Part shown: positions 29,493-39,167 of the stretch, piece by piece
Numbering within the stretch: the first letter of the stretch is position 1
Layout of the letters: each line of letters starts with the position of its first letter
IMG/VR virus record: IMGVR_UViG_3300020044_008732
Location: 1-43,619 of that record
Strand: one strand, 5' to 3'
Source of the DNA: a virus
Lineage: Duplodnaviria; Caudoviricetes
DNA length: 43,619 nt
Notes under the pieces: generated by a model
The model's input: the letters and a program-made list of their open reading frames with translations, nothing else
Databases searched by the model: none
Told to the model about the DNA's origin: nothing
Made by a program: the position numbers and the translations under genes

Positions 29493-30478
29493 CGTTTTGT
29501 TCTCATACCAGCGATGGCAGTCAAACTCTCACGGGCTTGGTCGCCGATGTCGGAGGTGTTCCACGCGGTGAACTCGGCTAAGAACTCTTCGTCTTGGAGC
29601 AACTGAGGGCGCATGGCTTGGTAGGATTTCCAGACTGCCGCGCCTTCTCCGGTCATCGCGCCCGCGAAGGACAGCGAATGAGTGAGGAACTTGGTTGCCT
29701 TGCCTTCTTCCGTGGTGACCGGGGTCACGATCACCGGAGTGGACCGCAGACCACCGATGCCTTGCATGACAGAGGTCAAACTCTTGAGGGTGCGGACGGT
29801 GCCCGACACGACGTTCGGAATCTGCATCACGTACAACGTTTCTTCGCGGTACATGAGGACTTCCAAACCTAAATTGAGATGGCCTAAGCCGTCGAACTTC
29901 GAGCGGTCGGCTTTCTTCGTGTACTGGACCGCTTCTGCGGCGTCGAGCGCCAACATCACATCCGCAGCTTCCGTGCTGTTGACTGTGATGTCCCATAGCG
30001 GAGCAGCTTTGATGCCTTGTGCTTTCGCTTCATCGTAGGCAATTGACCAAGCGACACCGCGTAAACGGTAGGCCAGGAAAACGCCCGTGGTTGGTTGCGC
30101 AGCGACTGGAAGGAACGCGCGCATCGACGGTTCGACGTTCGCGCCGTAGGCCCATTTGCCGCCGGATTCGCCGTTGCCACCTTGGAGGGTGAGGACGGGG
30201 AACGGGCCGTCGAAGTCCTTTTGCCCGCCTTCTGGGCGTTCCATGAGGGCATTCAAGCCGTCCATGGCTGCGCCTTCATCGGACAGCAACGCGAGGATCG
30301 ACGGGGCGAAGTTTGTGGACAGAGCGCGAACAGGTTCGGCTTCTTGCACGACGGTTTTCGGTGCCGGAGGTGTTGGCTTCGCCGCAAACACGGGGGTTTG
30401 CTTCGGAGCAGCAGGGGTTGGGGTTGGGGTAGTGCTAGCGGCAACTTTAGCCGCGTGCTTAGCGAGGATGGATACCAT
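29489..30478 (-). CDS. Hypothetical replication/recombination protein (possible ssDNA-binding protein)
   Basis: 329 aa with its own promoter and SD AGGAG, between helicase and exonuclease; function inferred from position only. Confidence 0.5.
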   Translation of the reverse strand: MVSILAKHAAKVAASTTPTPTPAAPKQTPVFAAKPTPPAPKTVVQEAEPVRALSTNFAPSILALLSDEGAAMDGLNALMERPEGGQKDFDGPFPVLTLQGGNGESGGKWAYGANVEPSMRAFLPVAAQPTTGVFLAYRLRGVAWSIAYDEAKAQGIKAAPLWDITVNSTEAADVMLALDAAEAVQYTKKADRSKFDGLGHLNLGLEVLMYREETLYVMQIPNVVSGTVRTLKSLTSVMQGIGGLRSTPVIVTPVTTEEGKATKFLTHSLSFAGAMTGEGAAVWKSYQAMRPQLLQDEEFLAEFTAWNTSDIGDQARESLTAIAGMRTKR

Positions 30479-30501
30479 GGGATTCTCCTGAGTAGATGTG
30501 T

Positions 30502-30530
30502 AACGTAGACAAGAGGTTTTCTCTTGTCAA
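30502..30530 (-). promoter_or_regulatory. Sigma70 promoter with overlapping palindromic operator
   Basis: TTGACA, 17 nt, TACGTT; inverted repeat GACAAGAG-N5-CTCTTGTC at 30508-30528. Confidence 0.75.
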
Positions 30531-30538
30531 GGGGTGGT

Positions 30539-31141
30539 TTATCGGCGAACGAGGACTTCCTCGTAAGCCAGTTGAGCCCCAGGAACTTGGCGTTCCTTCA
30601 AAGCGGCTTTCAAGCGGGTTTCATTGAGGTCAAAGAACTCGCGGGGGATCTGGGATAAGTCGTGGATCACGACTCGTTCGACTTTACGCAACGGGATTTT
30701 CGGGGCGTCGTCCACGATGACGGAGGCAACGAGAGGCGGGGTGACGTGTTCTTCGCCGCCTTCGCCTTCCGAGACTGCCAGCGCTTCTTCTCGCGAGCGT
30801 GCTTCCGCTTCGGCGCGGAGACGGTCTTCTTGGAGTTTAGCGTGGTATTCGCGGATTGCTGTGGCAAGAGCCTCGGAGTATTCGTTGGCTTGCGCACACG
30901 CAGCTTTCTCCGCCGCAATAGCGGCTTTCTGTGCGGCAACCAGCGGTTTCGTCCACTTCTCGCGTTCAGCGGTAAGGGCTTTCATTGCTTTGCCAAGCGC
31001 GGTGTTCGCCGCAACAGCGGCTTCGCACGTCGGCGTATCTACGATTTCGTGGAGACATTCCACCGCAACGCACGCGGCGCTGAGGGGGTTCAGCACAGCA
31101 ACCGAGAACGCGACCTCAGGGATGGTGACGACGTTAGTCAC
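30539..31141 (-). CDS. Coiled-coil protein with Gp157-like C-terminus
   Basis: VVIHDLSQIPREFF...LKAALK..QVPGAQL; likely GTG start at 31141. Confidence 0.6.
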   Translation of the reverse strand: MTNVVTIPEVAFSVAVLNPLSAACVAVECLHEIVDTPTCEAAVAANTALGKAMKALTAEREKWTKPLVAAQKAAIAAEKAACAQANEYSEALATAIREYHAKLQEDRLRAEAEARSREEALAVSEGEGGEEHVTPPLVASVIVDDAPKIPLRKVERVVIHDLSQIPREFFDLNETRLKAALKERQVPGAQLAYEEVLVRR

Positions 31142-31340
31142 GTGATACCCCGTCGACCGTGTTGTTACGCGGGAAGCGTCGGGTTTGCTCTTCCATAAAG
31201 GATTGCGCGCGGTCGAACGCTTCACTCGGTGAGATGAGGTGTTGCAAGACTAAGTTGCGGGCGAGGTTCTTCGTGTCGGCGATCAAGCCATCCCGCGCTT
31301 CTTTGTCTTTCTGTTCTTGAAAAGGGTTGATGATGCTCAT
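31134..31340 (-). CDS. Hypothetical protein (68 aa, MSIINPFQ...)
   Basis: ATGA overlap with the helicase stop, SD AGGAG. Confidence 0.65.
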   Translation of the reverse strand: MSIINPFQEQKDKEARDGLIADTKNLARNLVLQHLISPSEAFDRAQSFMEEQTRRFPRNNTVDGVSRD

Positions 31341-32923
31341 CCTACGTTCTCCTGTGCCGACATTGTGGGTAAGGCTCTGCGGAGTTCGGCGTACTCTGCA
31401 CAGTCGGAAGCGAAGTCCTGTCCTAATCGTAGGCGGGACAGTACGTTTTGTTGGAAGCGGTTTGCCACTAAATCTACGTGCACACAAGGGGCTGTTTGTC
31501 CTCTCCGGTGTGTACGGCAGAGGAACTGGGCGTAGTCTATGGCGCTCCACGATACGTCAAGGGTCAGGCTAATAGTCGCGCATTGCAAGTTCATCGACTC
31601 GCTTGCCGCGTGGATTTGTCCGAGGAATATCTGAGCGCGACCCTGCTGAAAGTCTTTCTCTGCGGTGACACGTTCTGCGCCAGTGACGGAACCGTCCACC
31701 CGCACCAGCGTGTATCCTGCTCCCTTGAGTGCGGCTTCCGCGAGGTCGAGTGAGTTGGTATAGTTCGCAGCGATCACGACCTGCGTGCCTTCCGGCAGCT
31801 GCATCAGTTCATCCATCAACCAGTCGATCTTACCTTCCGCGCCTTCTCTCGCCAGCCAGTGCGCGACCGCTTGCGCGTGAGGGAGTTCGCCTGTCTCTGC
31901 GAGGATCGTGTGTGCACCCTTTGCCACGGATTGCGACAGCGACAGCCAGGGTTCGGCGAAGGACACTTGCTGCGTCTCTTGGCCGGGGAGGGTGAACGAC
32001 ATCTGCACGTCTCGGGATTCGGGGCGGACTTGATAGATGCCGTGATCCAACCACGCCATGAACCTTTCTTTCGCCGCGCCCGATGGGCGTTCGAGCGCCA
32101 TCACTTTACGGTTGCCGAGGTCTTTCTGCGCGAGGCAATTGAACGCCGCGCCGACTTCCCACTTCGAGGTAAAGAGGGCGCGACCTGGCACGCCGAGGTC
32201 CATCATCGAAGCCGCTTTCTCAACCCCACCATGAGCGACCGTACCGGTTAGACCGATACCGAAGCGGAACTTTGAGCGGATCGTGTGGAGAGACTGGGTG
32301 CGCCGCGCTTTCGCGGAACCTGCGTGGTGGATTTCGTCCACGATCAGCACATCTCCGCGAGAGACGGCAGTGTACTTATGTGCGCTGTCTTTCGACATGA
32401 CCTTGACTTCTTTGAAGTAGTTTGACAGCTCGGCGTCTCGCGCACGTTCCCACGCCGGGAACGCGTTCAACGGACATACGATCCAACACCGCTCGGCCCC
32501 GTTTACACTTTCCCCTATCGCCGCGAGTGTCGCCATCAACGTTTTACCTGCGCCCATGAACGCCCCAATCACGCCGCCCGAAGCGGACAAACCTTGGATC
32601 GCTGAGATTTGATACGAGTCGGGGGTGAGCCCCATCGCGGTGGACGGGAAATCCTGCGTGAACTTTTCGCCATTGATCGAGTTCGCCCACCGTTCCACGT
32701 TCTCTTCCGTGACGCCGAACTCCAACATGAAGTCGTCGATCCATGAGGTTATCAGGTCGGTGCGCGACGGGGAGAGTGTCCCCATGATCTTTCCCGTCTT
32801 GAAGTACGAGGCGAGACAGGACAGGTAGGAGGAGAGGCGGCGTTCCGCATTCTCACATGTCTGAAGACGCGCCTTCGTGCATCCCGGATAGGACGTGATG
32901 TCGTAGGCTGGATACTGTCTCAC
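31337..32923 (-). CDS. SF2 (SNF2/DEAH-like) helicase
   Basis: MGAGKT, DEIH, LTGT, SESMNLQ, QFLCRTHRRGQ; GTGA overlap with the polymerase stop. Confidence 0.9.
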   Translation of the reverse strand: MRQYPAYDITSYPGCTKARLQTCENAERRLSSYLSCLASYFKTGKIMGTLSPSRTDLITSWIDDFMLEFGVTEENVERWANSINGEKFTQDFPSTAMGLTPDSYQISAIQGLSASGGVIGAFMGAGKTLMATLAAIGESVNGAERCWIVCPLNAFPAWERARDAELSNYFKEVKVMSKDSAHKYTAVSRGDVLIVDEIHHAGSAKARRTQSLHTIRSKFRFGIGLTGTVAHGGVEKAASMMDLGVPGRALFTSKWEVGAAFNCLAQKDLGNRKVMALERPSGAAKERFMAWLDHGIYQVRPESRDVQMSFTLPGQETQQVSFAEPWLSLSQSVAKGAHTILAETGELPHAQAVAHWLAREGAEGKIDWLMDELMQLPEGTQVVIAANYTNSLDLAEAALKGAGYTLVRVDGSVTGAERVTAEKDFQQGRAQIFLGQIHAASESMNLQCATISLTLDVSWSAIDYAQFLCRTHRRGQTAPCVHVDLVANRFQQNVLSRLRLGQDFASDCAEYAELRRALPTMSAQENVG

Positions 32924-35052
32924 GTCAAATGCTCCACCCAAGTTGGGTCGTCATTGTAAAGTTTAGTCCAAGCTTTCCTCGCTTCGCCCTCTTCCTCATA
33001 GCGGGTCCGCGTCACGGTGATGTCATCTGGTTTCGCATAGAACGCCCAACCCATCCCGTGCGGCCCGTTCGGTCCCATCACTTCTTCGAGGTCTTTCCGC
33101 GCACGCAACACCGCGTCGCGTTCGCGCGGGCAGATCACGAGTATTTCATCATAGACTGAATCTGTCAACCACCCTCTTCGCGCCAATTCGTTCTCGCAGC
33201 GGAGGAGGCCGATACGGGCAGAACTCTGCGTCACGTTCTCCATGAAGAGTGAACGATGGACGTTGCGCGGCCCCTTGTTCGCGGTGACAGCGCCCAAGCC
33301 TTCGATGCCGGGGTGGGAACACGACAGGTGACGCCACGTCACGGTTGGTATGGAGTGGCCGAACAACCGGACACGCACGGTGGGGAATTCTAGGGCGTAG
33401 TCGATGGACAGTTCGAGTTTGTTCCTGTCGGGCGCATCGCCGCGCCGGTACAAGGTGTCGATCAAAGCTTCAGGGTTCGGGTGCGCAGTGAGGAGAGTCA
33501 CGGCGTCGGTCAACCAGTCGCCCATGCGGAACATTTCGGGGTGGATCGAGTGGAAGGCTTTGCGCGACTCGTAAGCCGCGACGCCTACCGACCAGTGGCA
33601 CCCGGTCTTCGTGATGATACCCTTCAGGTAGCGGTCGTTCGGTTCTTTCCACCCTCTTGACAAGCAGAGTTCGTGCATCTGTTGTACCGATACTTTGTTG
33701 ATCGGGTCGGCGACGGCTTTGTTCATTTCTTCGACGGCGCGGCCAACCCCCATCGCGAAGGAGTAACCAAGTACAGCGGCTTTAGCCACGACGTCGCGCA
33801 TCGGGTCGCCCTTGTGGCAATTCACCCCGAAAGCGGCGAGGGCGAAAGCGGAGTAGGGGTCGGCGTCAATGTTACCGGAGAACAAGTCGACCACGAATTG
33901 GCAGTCGGAGAGCAACCCACCTACGCGAAATTCCACGTTTGCCGCATCGGCGCGGACGTAGCACAAGTGTTCCGGCAACGCCAGCATCTGGCGTAGAGGT
34001 TTGGCTATTTTCTTGTCTTTCTTCGTCAGATTTGCTGTGTTCACGCCCCGGCCTTGTGTGGGGGCGGAAGTCCGCCCAGTGTTCGTGGCGCGGAAATACC
34101 CCTTTTCCATGTCAATCTCGTCCACGCCTTGGAGCGCCGTGGCGCGGTTCGCGTAGTACAGGCTTTTACTTGTCTGGGACGTTGCGAGGAGAACTGCGTC
34201 CACATCAGGACGCGCGGCCAAGTGGTTCGGGTTAATCTTTTTCCGTGAGGTCGTCAGGGTGGAAAACCCAAATGCCGAGCGGAGCACATCGCGGAGAGCG
34301 AGCGGTTTGACGGAGCGAACCTTGCCCTCGGCGAACCCTCCGAAGATCGCGCTCCCGTAGTCTTCTCCTTGCCGCCCTTCTGCTGTGAGGAGGGCCAACG
34401 CCGCTGCTACCCCCTCGGCAGCATTCGCGGTAAACGCGTCGATAGATGCTTGCACGGTGTCGCGCTTGATCTGGTACGCGAGGCCCCGCACCTGGTTACA
34501 GTTCTCCGCGTAGTAAAGTTCTTCCGCAGAGAGGCGAGGAAGGGCGCGAGCGTAGATTGCTTGAAGTAGTTCACAGTCACGGTTGCAATACTCTTCCCAA
34601 GTGCATCGACCGTGGCGGATGTCTTCCATGGAGAGTTTCGGCGGTAGGCATAACCAAGCGGCGACGTTGCGCAGGGAGTACCCACCTGGCATGTTCGGCC
34701 ACGCGGCCATTGCCATTTCCATGGCGTCGTGAATCTTGAGGGGCCACCGGCAACCGAGTTCATCCCCGCCAACTTCGAGCACGCCGTACCGGAGCACGCG
34801 CATGTCGAAAGCCACGTTGTAGGCGATCAGGACGGTGTCGGGGTCTTGCCCCGCTTCGTCCAGTTCCGCGCACAGTGGCACGAAGTCAGGGGACGTGATG
34901 GGCACCCACGTCGGGGCGGAGTCGTCAACGGCTACGCTCATCCCGATGACTGGGGCTTTCGGTAGGTACGCGCGGAGGGACATCTTCTGAAGGGTAAGCC
35001 CCTTCTTCAGGTCCATGTGCGTTTCTGTGTCGAGGAAGATCCGCCGAGTCAT
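32920..35052 (-). CDS. polA: Family A DNA polymerase with 3'-5' exonuclease
   Basis: ExoI DTET, ExoII YNVAFD, ExoIII YCNRD; TGR; motif A DAANVEFR; motif B RDVVAKAAVLGYSF; motif C VYDE. Confidence 0.9.
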   Translation of the reverse strand: MTRRIFLDTETHMDLKKGLTLQKMSLRAYLPKAPVIGMSVAVDDSAPTWVPITSPDFVPLCAELDEAGQDPDTVLIAYNVAFDMRVLRYGVLEVGGDELGCRWPLKIHDAMEMAMAAWPNMPGGYSLRNVAAWLCLPPKLSMEDIRHGRCTWEEYCNRDCELLQAIYARALPRLSAEELYYAENCNQVRGLAYQIKRDTVQASIDAFTANAAEGVAAALALLTAEGRQGEDYGSAIFGGFAEGKVRSVKPLALRDVLRSAFGFSTLTTSRKKINPNHLAARPDVDAVLLATSQTSKSLYYANRATALQGVDEIDMEKGYFRATNTGRTSAPTQGRGVNTANLTKKDKKIAKPLRQMLALPEHLCYVRADAANVEFRVGGLLSDCQFVVDLFSGNIDADPYSAFALAAFGVNCHKGDPMRDVVAKAAVLGYSFAMGVGRAVEEMNKAVADPINKVSVQQMHELCLSRGWKEPNDRYLKGIITKTGCHWSVGVAAYESRKAFHSIHPEMFRMGDWLTDAVTLLTAHPNPEALIDTLYRRGDAPDRNKLELSIDYALEFPTVRVRLFGHSIPTVTWRHLSCSHPGIEGLGAVTANKGPRNVHRSLFMENVTQSSARIGLLRCENELARRGWLTDSVYDEILVICPRERDAVLRARKDLEEVMGPNGPHGMGWAFYAKPDDITVTRTRYEEEGEARKAWTKLYNDDPTWVEHLT

Positions 35053-35219
35053 TTGTCCTCTGCGTCGCGTTGTCCGTCTTCAAAGCCTTTGTCGTACTCC
35101 GCTTCCAAGTCGTCTTCCATGTGGAGACGCGCCATATCGAGGAACACTAGGTACTCGGTGGTCGTCCATACTCTGTCTCGGAGGTGGGAGAGTTCGTGCG
35201 CGAATGCGGTAGGTGTCAT
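35049..35219 (-). CDS. Small acidic hypothetical protein (56 aa, MTPTAFAHEL...)
   Basis: ATGA overlaps at both ends. Confidence 0.65.
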   Translation of the reverse strand: MTPTAFAHELSHLRDRVWTTTEYLVFLDMARLHMEDDLEAEYDKGFEDGQRDAEDK

Positions 35220-37660
35220 GCTTGCCCCTTTGGCCTGACGGCCAACATGAGTGTGTTTGCTGAGAGAGATTCCCCGTCCCATGCGCGCGGTCTGACAGCG
35301 GCTTCCCATTGGAAGGCTTCTCCGGGGAGCGTGTGCCAGACTACCTGCTTGTCCGCGAGCGATGCGGCGTAGAAGGCGCGAATGCTGAGGGTAAGGGCGC
35401 GAGTGATGGCGACGTTGGTAGCACGGATCTCTTGACCTGTCAAGGCCGGTAGGAGACGGTGGAAACTGGCGCAACCAGGGACCATGCCTTGCAGGCGCAG
35501 CTTGCAGAGGGTGGAGACGGGTATCCACCGCACCCCGCCGATGTCGTTGCCTTCCACTGCCGCACCGATCACGATGGGGCTGATAGTCGCGTCGTCCGCG
35601 CCAGCCCAGAACGAGTGCCACGACAAGCGAACATTTTGCCCCGTAGCAGAGGATGCGCTGACGCCGTTTTGGTCCGCGAGTTGTTGGTGGTATTCCAAGT
35701 CGTTGTCCATCGACAGCCGCACATCATCGACCAGTCGTTGCGCGTGCTCCATCGTGCAGTCAGGAATCCCGGCGCAGGCGATAGCGGAGGCGATGGCGCG
35801 GTGAGACGTGAACCGCCACGCATGCGGGGACGCTTTCAACACGCGGCTTTGTTGTTGCAGTTCGAGACGTTCGACCAGGGACACCGCAGCGAGGCGGAGG
35901 TACAAGGCATACTTCCCGCTCTCCAAGTCGTCTTTGATGTCGGTGCGTGCGCGTTGTTCATCGGGGAGCGAGTCGAGGAAGATCGGGATCGTGCGATTGC
36001 GCAAGTCGGGGGAGAGGTCCAACCATTTCGCATTGAGGACCAGGGAGTAGTGAAGGCGGACGGTGCCTTCATTCTTTAGCGCTTTACCGGACGAGATGAC
36101 GCCGCCAGTACAGAGAGATTGTAGGTTGTCGCGTGCCAGGACATGCGAGGGGGTATCGGGGATACGAAACTCGTCGAGTGCGAGTGTGCCCCACCGTTCG
36201 AGTTCAGCCGCCACGCTGCGGGAATCGGGCGCGGAGGAGGAGTTGGGGGCGGTCAGGACGGGAATACCTACCGCCATGGCCCCGGCGATGGCTCCGACCA
36301 GTAAGCCCTTACCTTGGTTCGTGGTGAGTTCTGCTGACGGGTACACGGGGAGGACAGCAACGAGGGGGTATTCGCGTAGCAGGTCAGGGCGCGAAGGACG
36401 GAGAACAGCCGCGCATAGGATGGAATCAACGAGGGCGAGGTACCCCACCCGGTCCTCTCCTTCCGGTAACACCCAATGGGGGTATATCTCGGTCAGAATC
36501 GCGGAGGGGGACGTTTCGGGGTAGGAACCGGGGAGGGAATACTCGAAGAGTTGGCGTTGCTTAGCGAAGTCGGAGGCGGTCGTCGTGTTCCACGCGTATG
36601 CGAGCACGTCGTCTTCGGTCCCTTCGTAAGGGGTGATGAGGCCGTTCGCGGCTCTCCACGCGCCTGAGATGCGGACACCGGGGGAGAGGAACGCAGCGGG
36701 CCCCGGGTAAACTTGTGGGAGAAGGGTTGACCAAGGTCCCGCAAGGACCGCACCGGGGAGTTCTGTCACAGGAGCGCAGCGCAGGAGGTCGTCGGCACCA
36801 AGGGAAGCTGCCGCCCACGTGAGCGCTTTCTTCTTCACTGAGTGCTTCGCTTCAGGTCGTCGGAGGCAGTGAGCCGCTGCGTTCCAAAACTGGGGGCAAC
36901 CCACAGAGCGGAACACCCGGGTGTTGTGGGGTATGGACTCGATCACACCACGGTATGCCATATGCAGGTGGTCAGGGGCGCATCGAACGTGCTTCAAGAA
37001 GTGGCACATCGCTACGGCGCGGAGCCATTCCGGCGCTTCGTCGCCGTCCCAATCAGGGATCGACGCCCAGTCAATCCAGAGCAAAGAGGTAGGCCACCCG
37101 CATGCGCGGTGCGCTTCGATCAGGTGCTTATCCCATTCCGCGTTCGATTCGAGTGGATCGAAAGGGCATCCTTCGGCTTGTTCGCACACTGCGCGTGCGA
37201 GGAGTTTCCAGTGGGTAAACCCGGCCCCGCTGAGGACACACCGGAGACGATAAAACGCGAAGTCTGCGTTCTTCTCTTCGACGCCAGCTTTAGGTAACGC
37301 GTACCACCTAGCCAATCTCCCCACCATGCTCTGATAGACGGGAAACATGCCGGGAGCCTCACCCATCGGTGCGGCTTGGCAGAGGTCCGTGATGGCTTCT
37401 TGTGCGTCAACGGGGACGTTGAGCGCTTGCCAACCTTTGCGCTCTTCGTCGGGGTAGATGGGCAAGCGCGGGTCCGCTTGCGCGGCCAAGTGCGTGGACT
37501 CGCGGTCGATCTCTGCGCGGAACTCGTCCCACGTCACACCATCGACGAACGGTTTGCCGAGGTATCGGAGGTACGGGATATCTTCTTCCGTGACCTCCTC
37601 AGGCGAGGGTATGCCTATTATGCGGTGCGCGTTCGCGTGGTACAGTTCGAGTAGGTTCAC
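35216..37660 (-). CDS. Divergent primase-helicase-like protein with SF3-type ATPase domain
   Basis: NQGKG Walker A, LALDE Walker B, VLNA motif C, DLRNR arginine finger; N-terminal half unrecognised. Confidence 0.6.
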   Translation of the reverse strand: MNLLELYHANAHRIIGIPSPEEVTEEDIPYLRYLGKPFVDGVTWDEFRAEIDRESTHLAAQADPRLPIYPDEERKGWQALNVPVDAQEAITDLCQAAPMGEAPGMFPVYQSMVGRLARWYALPKAGVEEKNADFAFYRLRCVLSGAGFTHWKLLARAVCEQAEGCPFDPLESNAEWDKHLIEAHRACGWPTSLLWIDWASIPDWDGDEAPEWLRAVAMCHFLKHVRCAPDHLHMAYRGVIESIPHNTRVFRSVGCPQFWNAAAHCLRRPEAKHSVKKKALTWAAASLGADDLLRCAPVTELPGAVLAGPWSTLLPQVYPGPAAFLSPGVRISGAWRAANGLITPYEGTEDDVLAYAWNTTTASDFAKQRQLFEYSLPGSYPETSPSAILTEIYPHWVLPEGEDRVGYLALVDSILCAAVLRPSRPDLLREYPLVAVLPVYPSAELTTNQGKGLLVGAIAGAMAVGIPVLTAPNSSSAPDSRSVAAELERWGTLALDEFRIPDTPSHVLARDNLQSLCTGGVISSGKALKNEGTVRLHYSLVLNAKWLDLSPDLRNRTIPIFLDSLPDEQRARTDIKDDLESGKYALYLRLAAVSLVERLELQQQSRVLKASPHAWRFTSHRAIASAIACAGIPDCTMEHAQRLVDDVRLSMDNDLEYHQQLADQNGVSASSATGQNVRLSWHSFWAGADDATISPIVIGAAVEGNDIGGVRWIPVSTLCKLRLQGMVPGCASFHRLLPALTGQEIRATNVAITRALTLSIRAFYAASLADKQVVWHTLPGEAFQWEAAVRPRAWDGESLSANTLMLAVRPKGQA

Positions 37661-37971
37661 AGGGTGACGCCTTTGTAGAAGACTTTTGCTGTATGGGGGT
37701 TCTTTATCCGCTTCGCTTGCCCTGCGCTCTCCAAGGCAGCGAGAACTGTGCGGAGTTCCGTCTCGTACGCATCGAGTTCAGGGTCTTTGAGAAGATCCGG
37801 TACACACCGTGGGCGAGCCAGAATCTTTTTGTGCACTTGACGCGTGAGCCTGGCTAAGCGTTCTTTTCGTTCGTCTAACGGGAGACGCCGTTTCCCGACC
37901 TTACCGACTTTTGCATAGGACGTACCAACGGAGCCGAGCCCCTTCGTCGAGGCGTGGCGGAAGGGTATCAT
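37657..37971 (-). CDS. Basic hypothetical protein, possible winged-helix (104 aa)
   Basis: ATGA-coupled start at 37971; LRTVLAALESAGQAKRI pattern. Confidence 0.55.
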   Translation of the reverse strand: MIPFRHASTKGLGSVGTSYAKVGKVGKRRLPLDERKERLARLTRQVHKKILARPRCVPDLLKDPELDAYETELRTVLAALESAGQAKRIKNPHTAKVFYKGVTL

Positions 37972-38210
37972 GCGCAACCTGGATGCACAATTACCATCAA
38001 ACCCGGTGTGCTCACGGGGATCTGAATCCCCGCGCCAGCACGCACCGTTTCCCCGCACAACCAGCACTTGACTTCTCTCGCGGGTTCCGTGGTGCCGGAA
38101 GCGCGGAGCTGAGACGCCGTGTTGTCAAGTGGGGCGGGTTTAGAGATGTTGATGCGAGGGCATTGGCGGGCCAGCGTCACGCTGTCCACATAGAGGGGGG
38201 TATAAGACAT
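37968..38210 (-). CDS. Hypothetical protein with CxxC...HxxC metal-binding motif
   Basis: CWLC...HPGC; SD AGGAG. Confidence 0.65.
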   Translation of the reverse strand: MSYTPLYVDSVTLARQCPRINISKPAPLDNTASQLRASGTTEPAREVKCWLCGETVRAGAGIQIPVSTPGLMVIVHPGCA

Positions 38211-38248
38211 GATGTTCTCCTGAGTCTATGAGTCGTAGAGGACAATTT

Positions 38249-38482
38249 TCAGTCGTCAAGTGCCTTGCGTTCGTCTTCTTCGTCGAGTTCAAGACGTTCC
38301 GCTTCCGCGTCGACCCACTCCAGGGCTTCAGTCATTGCGCGGTAGGGGTCTTCGTCGCACGCCTCGAACTCCGATTGACGGGACTTGCTGCCCTCTTTGT
38401 AGACGAAGGCAGTGTACTCGCCTGTGCGATCGTTCTGCGCGATGGTTATGGTGAATTGTGCGGTATAGTCGTAGTCAGTCAT
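38249..38482 (-). CDS. Small acidic protein, HicB-N-like pattern
   Basis: FTITIAQNDRTGEYTAFV...DEDPYRAMTEALEW; about 23 D/E in 77 aa. Confidence 0.6.
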   Translation of the reverse strand: MTDYDYTAQFTITIAQNDRTGEYTAFVYKEGSKSRQSEFEACDEDPYRAMTEALEWVDAEAERLELDEEDERKALDD

Positions 38483-38539
38483 CGTAGCCTCTTGGTGCGT
38501 AATGGTGCACCTTCCTAGGTTTTTTTTTTAGCTGTGTGG

Positions 38540-38791
38540 TTATTGTTTAGTCTTATACGAACGGATAGTTGAAGACAGCCGACGCCCGGCTTCCGTCATC
38601 CGCGCATAATCTGGGGTTCTGTAAAGCCCGTTATTGTTTACTCCCCCTGCTGCACGCAATAATTCGGTGGCGTGCATAACACCTATATCTAATTGTTCGG
38701 CGACAGCGCGAGTAGAAAGTCCTGAGGTGCGCAGTAAACTTAATTGCCTTTCGTTTAATGCTACATCAGGCCTAGGTCTTGGTTTTGTCAT
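38540..38791 (-). CDS. HTH DNA-binding protein
   Basis: GLSTRAVAEQLDIGVMHATELL. Confidence 0.65.
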   Translation of the reverse strand: MTKPRPRPDVALNERQLSLLRTSGLSTRAVAEQLDIGVMHATELLRAAGGVNNNGLYRTPDYARMTEAGRRLSSTIRSYKTKQ

Positions 38792-39167
38792 TTACCCCCC
38801 GCGCCGACTTCACTAAAGCTTCTATTTCTCTATCGATCTCCTTCACCGCCTGTAGCAACACCTCATTCTCAGCCTTTAGTTCGTTGAGCTTTTTTGTGCT
38901 TCTGCTAACCACCCACGAAACCTCGTCAGCAACGGTAAGGTGGGCTATATGCGAGGCTTTCTCACTACACGAAGTCCCGACATAGGCAGCGATTCTTTGT
39001 AATGCTGAGCGTAATTGTCCGTGCTCGTCCTTTAATTTGTCGCGCTCTATTGTCAGCGCCTTATACGTGGGATAATCCACATAGTCAGCATCTTCCTCGT
39101 TGCATTTTTCAGCCGTCATCCAGCATTCCATGCCCCTTTGTTTTTGTTGTTGCCCGTAAAAAGTCAT
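38772..39167 (-). CDS. Coiled-coil hypothetical protein
   Basis: 131 aa, SD GAGGAG, ATGA overlap. Confidence 0.65.
   Translation of the reverse strand: MTFYGQQQKQRGMECWMTAEKCNEEDADYVDYPTYKALTIERDKLKDEHGQLRSALQRIAAYVGTSCSEKASHIAHLTVADEVSWVVSRSTKKLNELKAENEVLLQAVKEIDREIEALVKSARGVNDKTKT

Noticed and set aside
32920-35052. DpoZ / modified-base system
   Set aside because: No purZ, dATPase or other nucleotide-modification gene recognised
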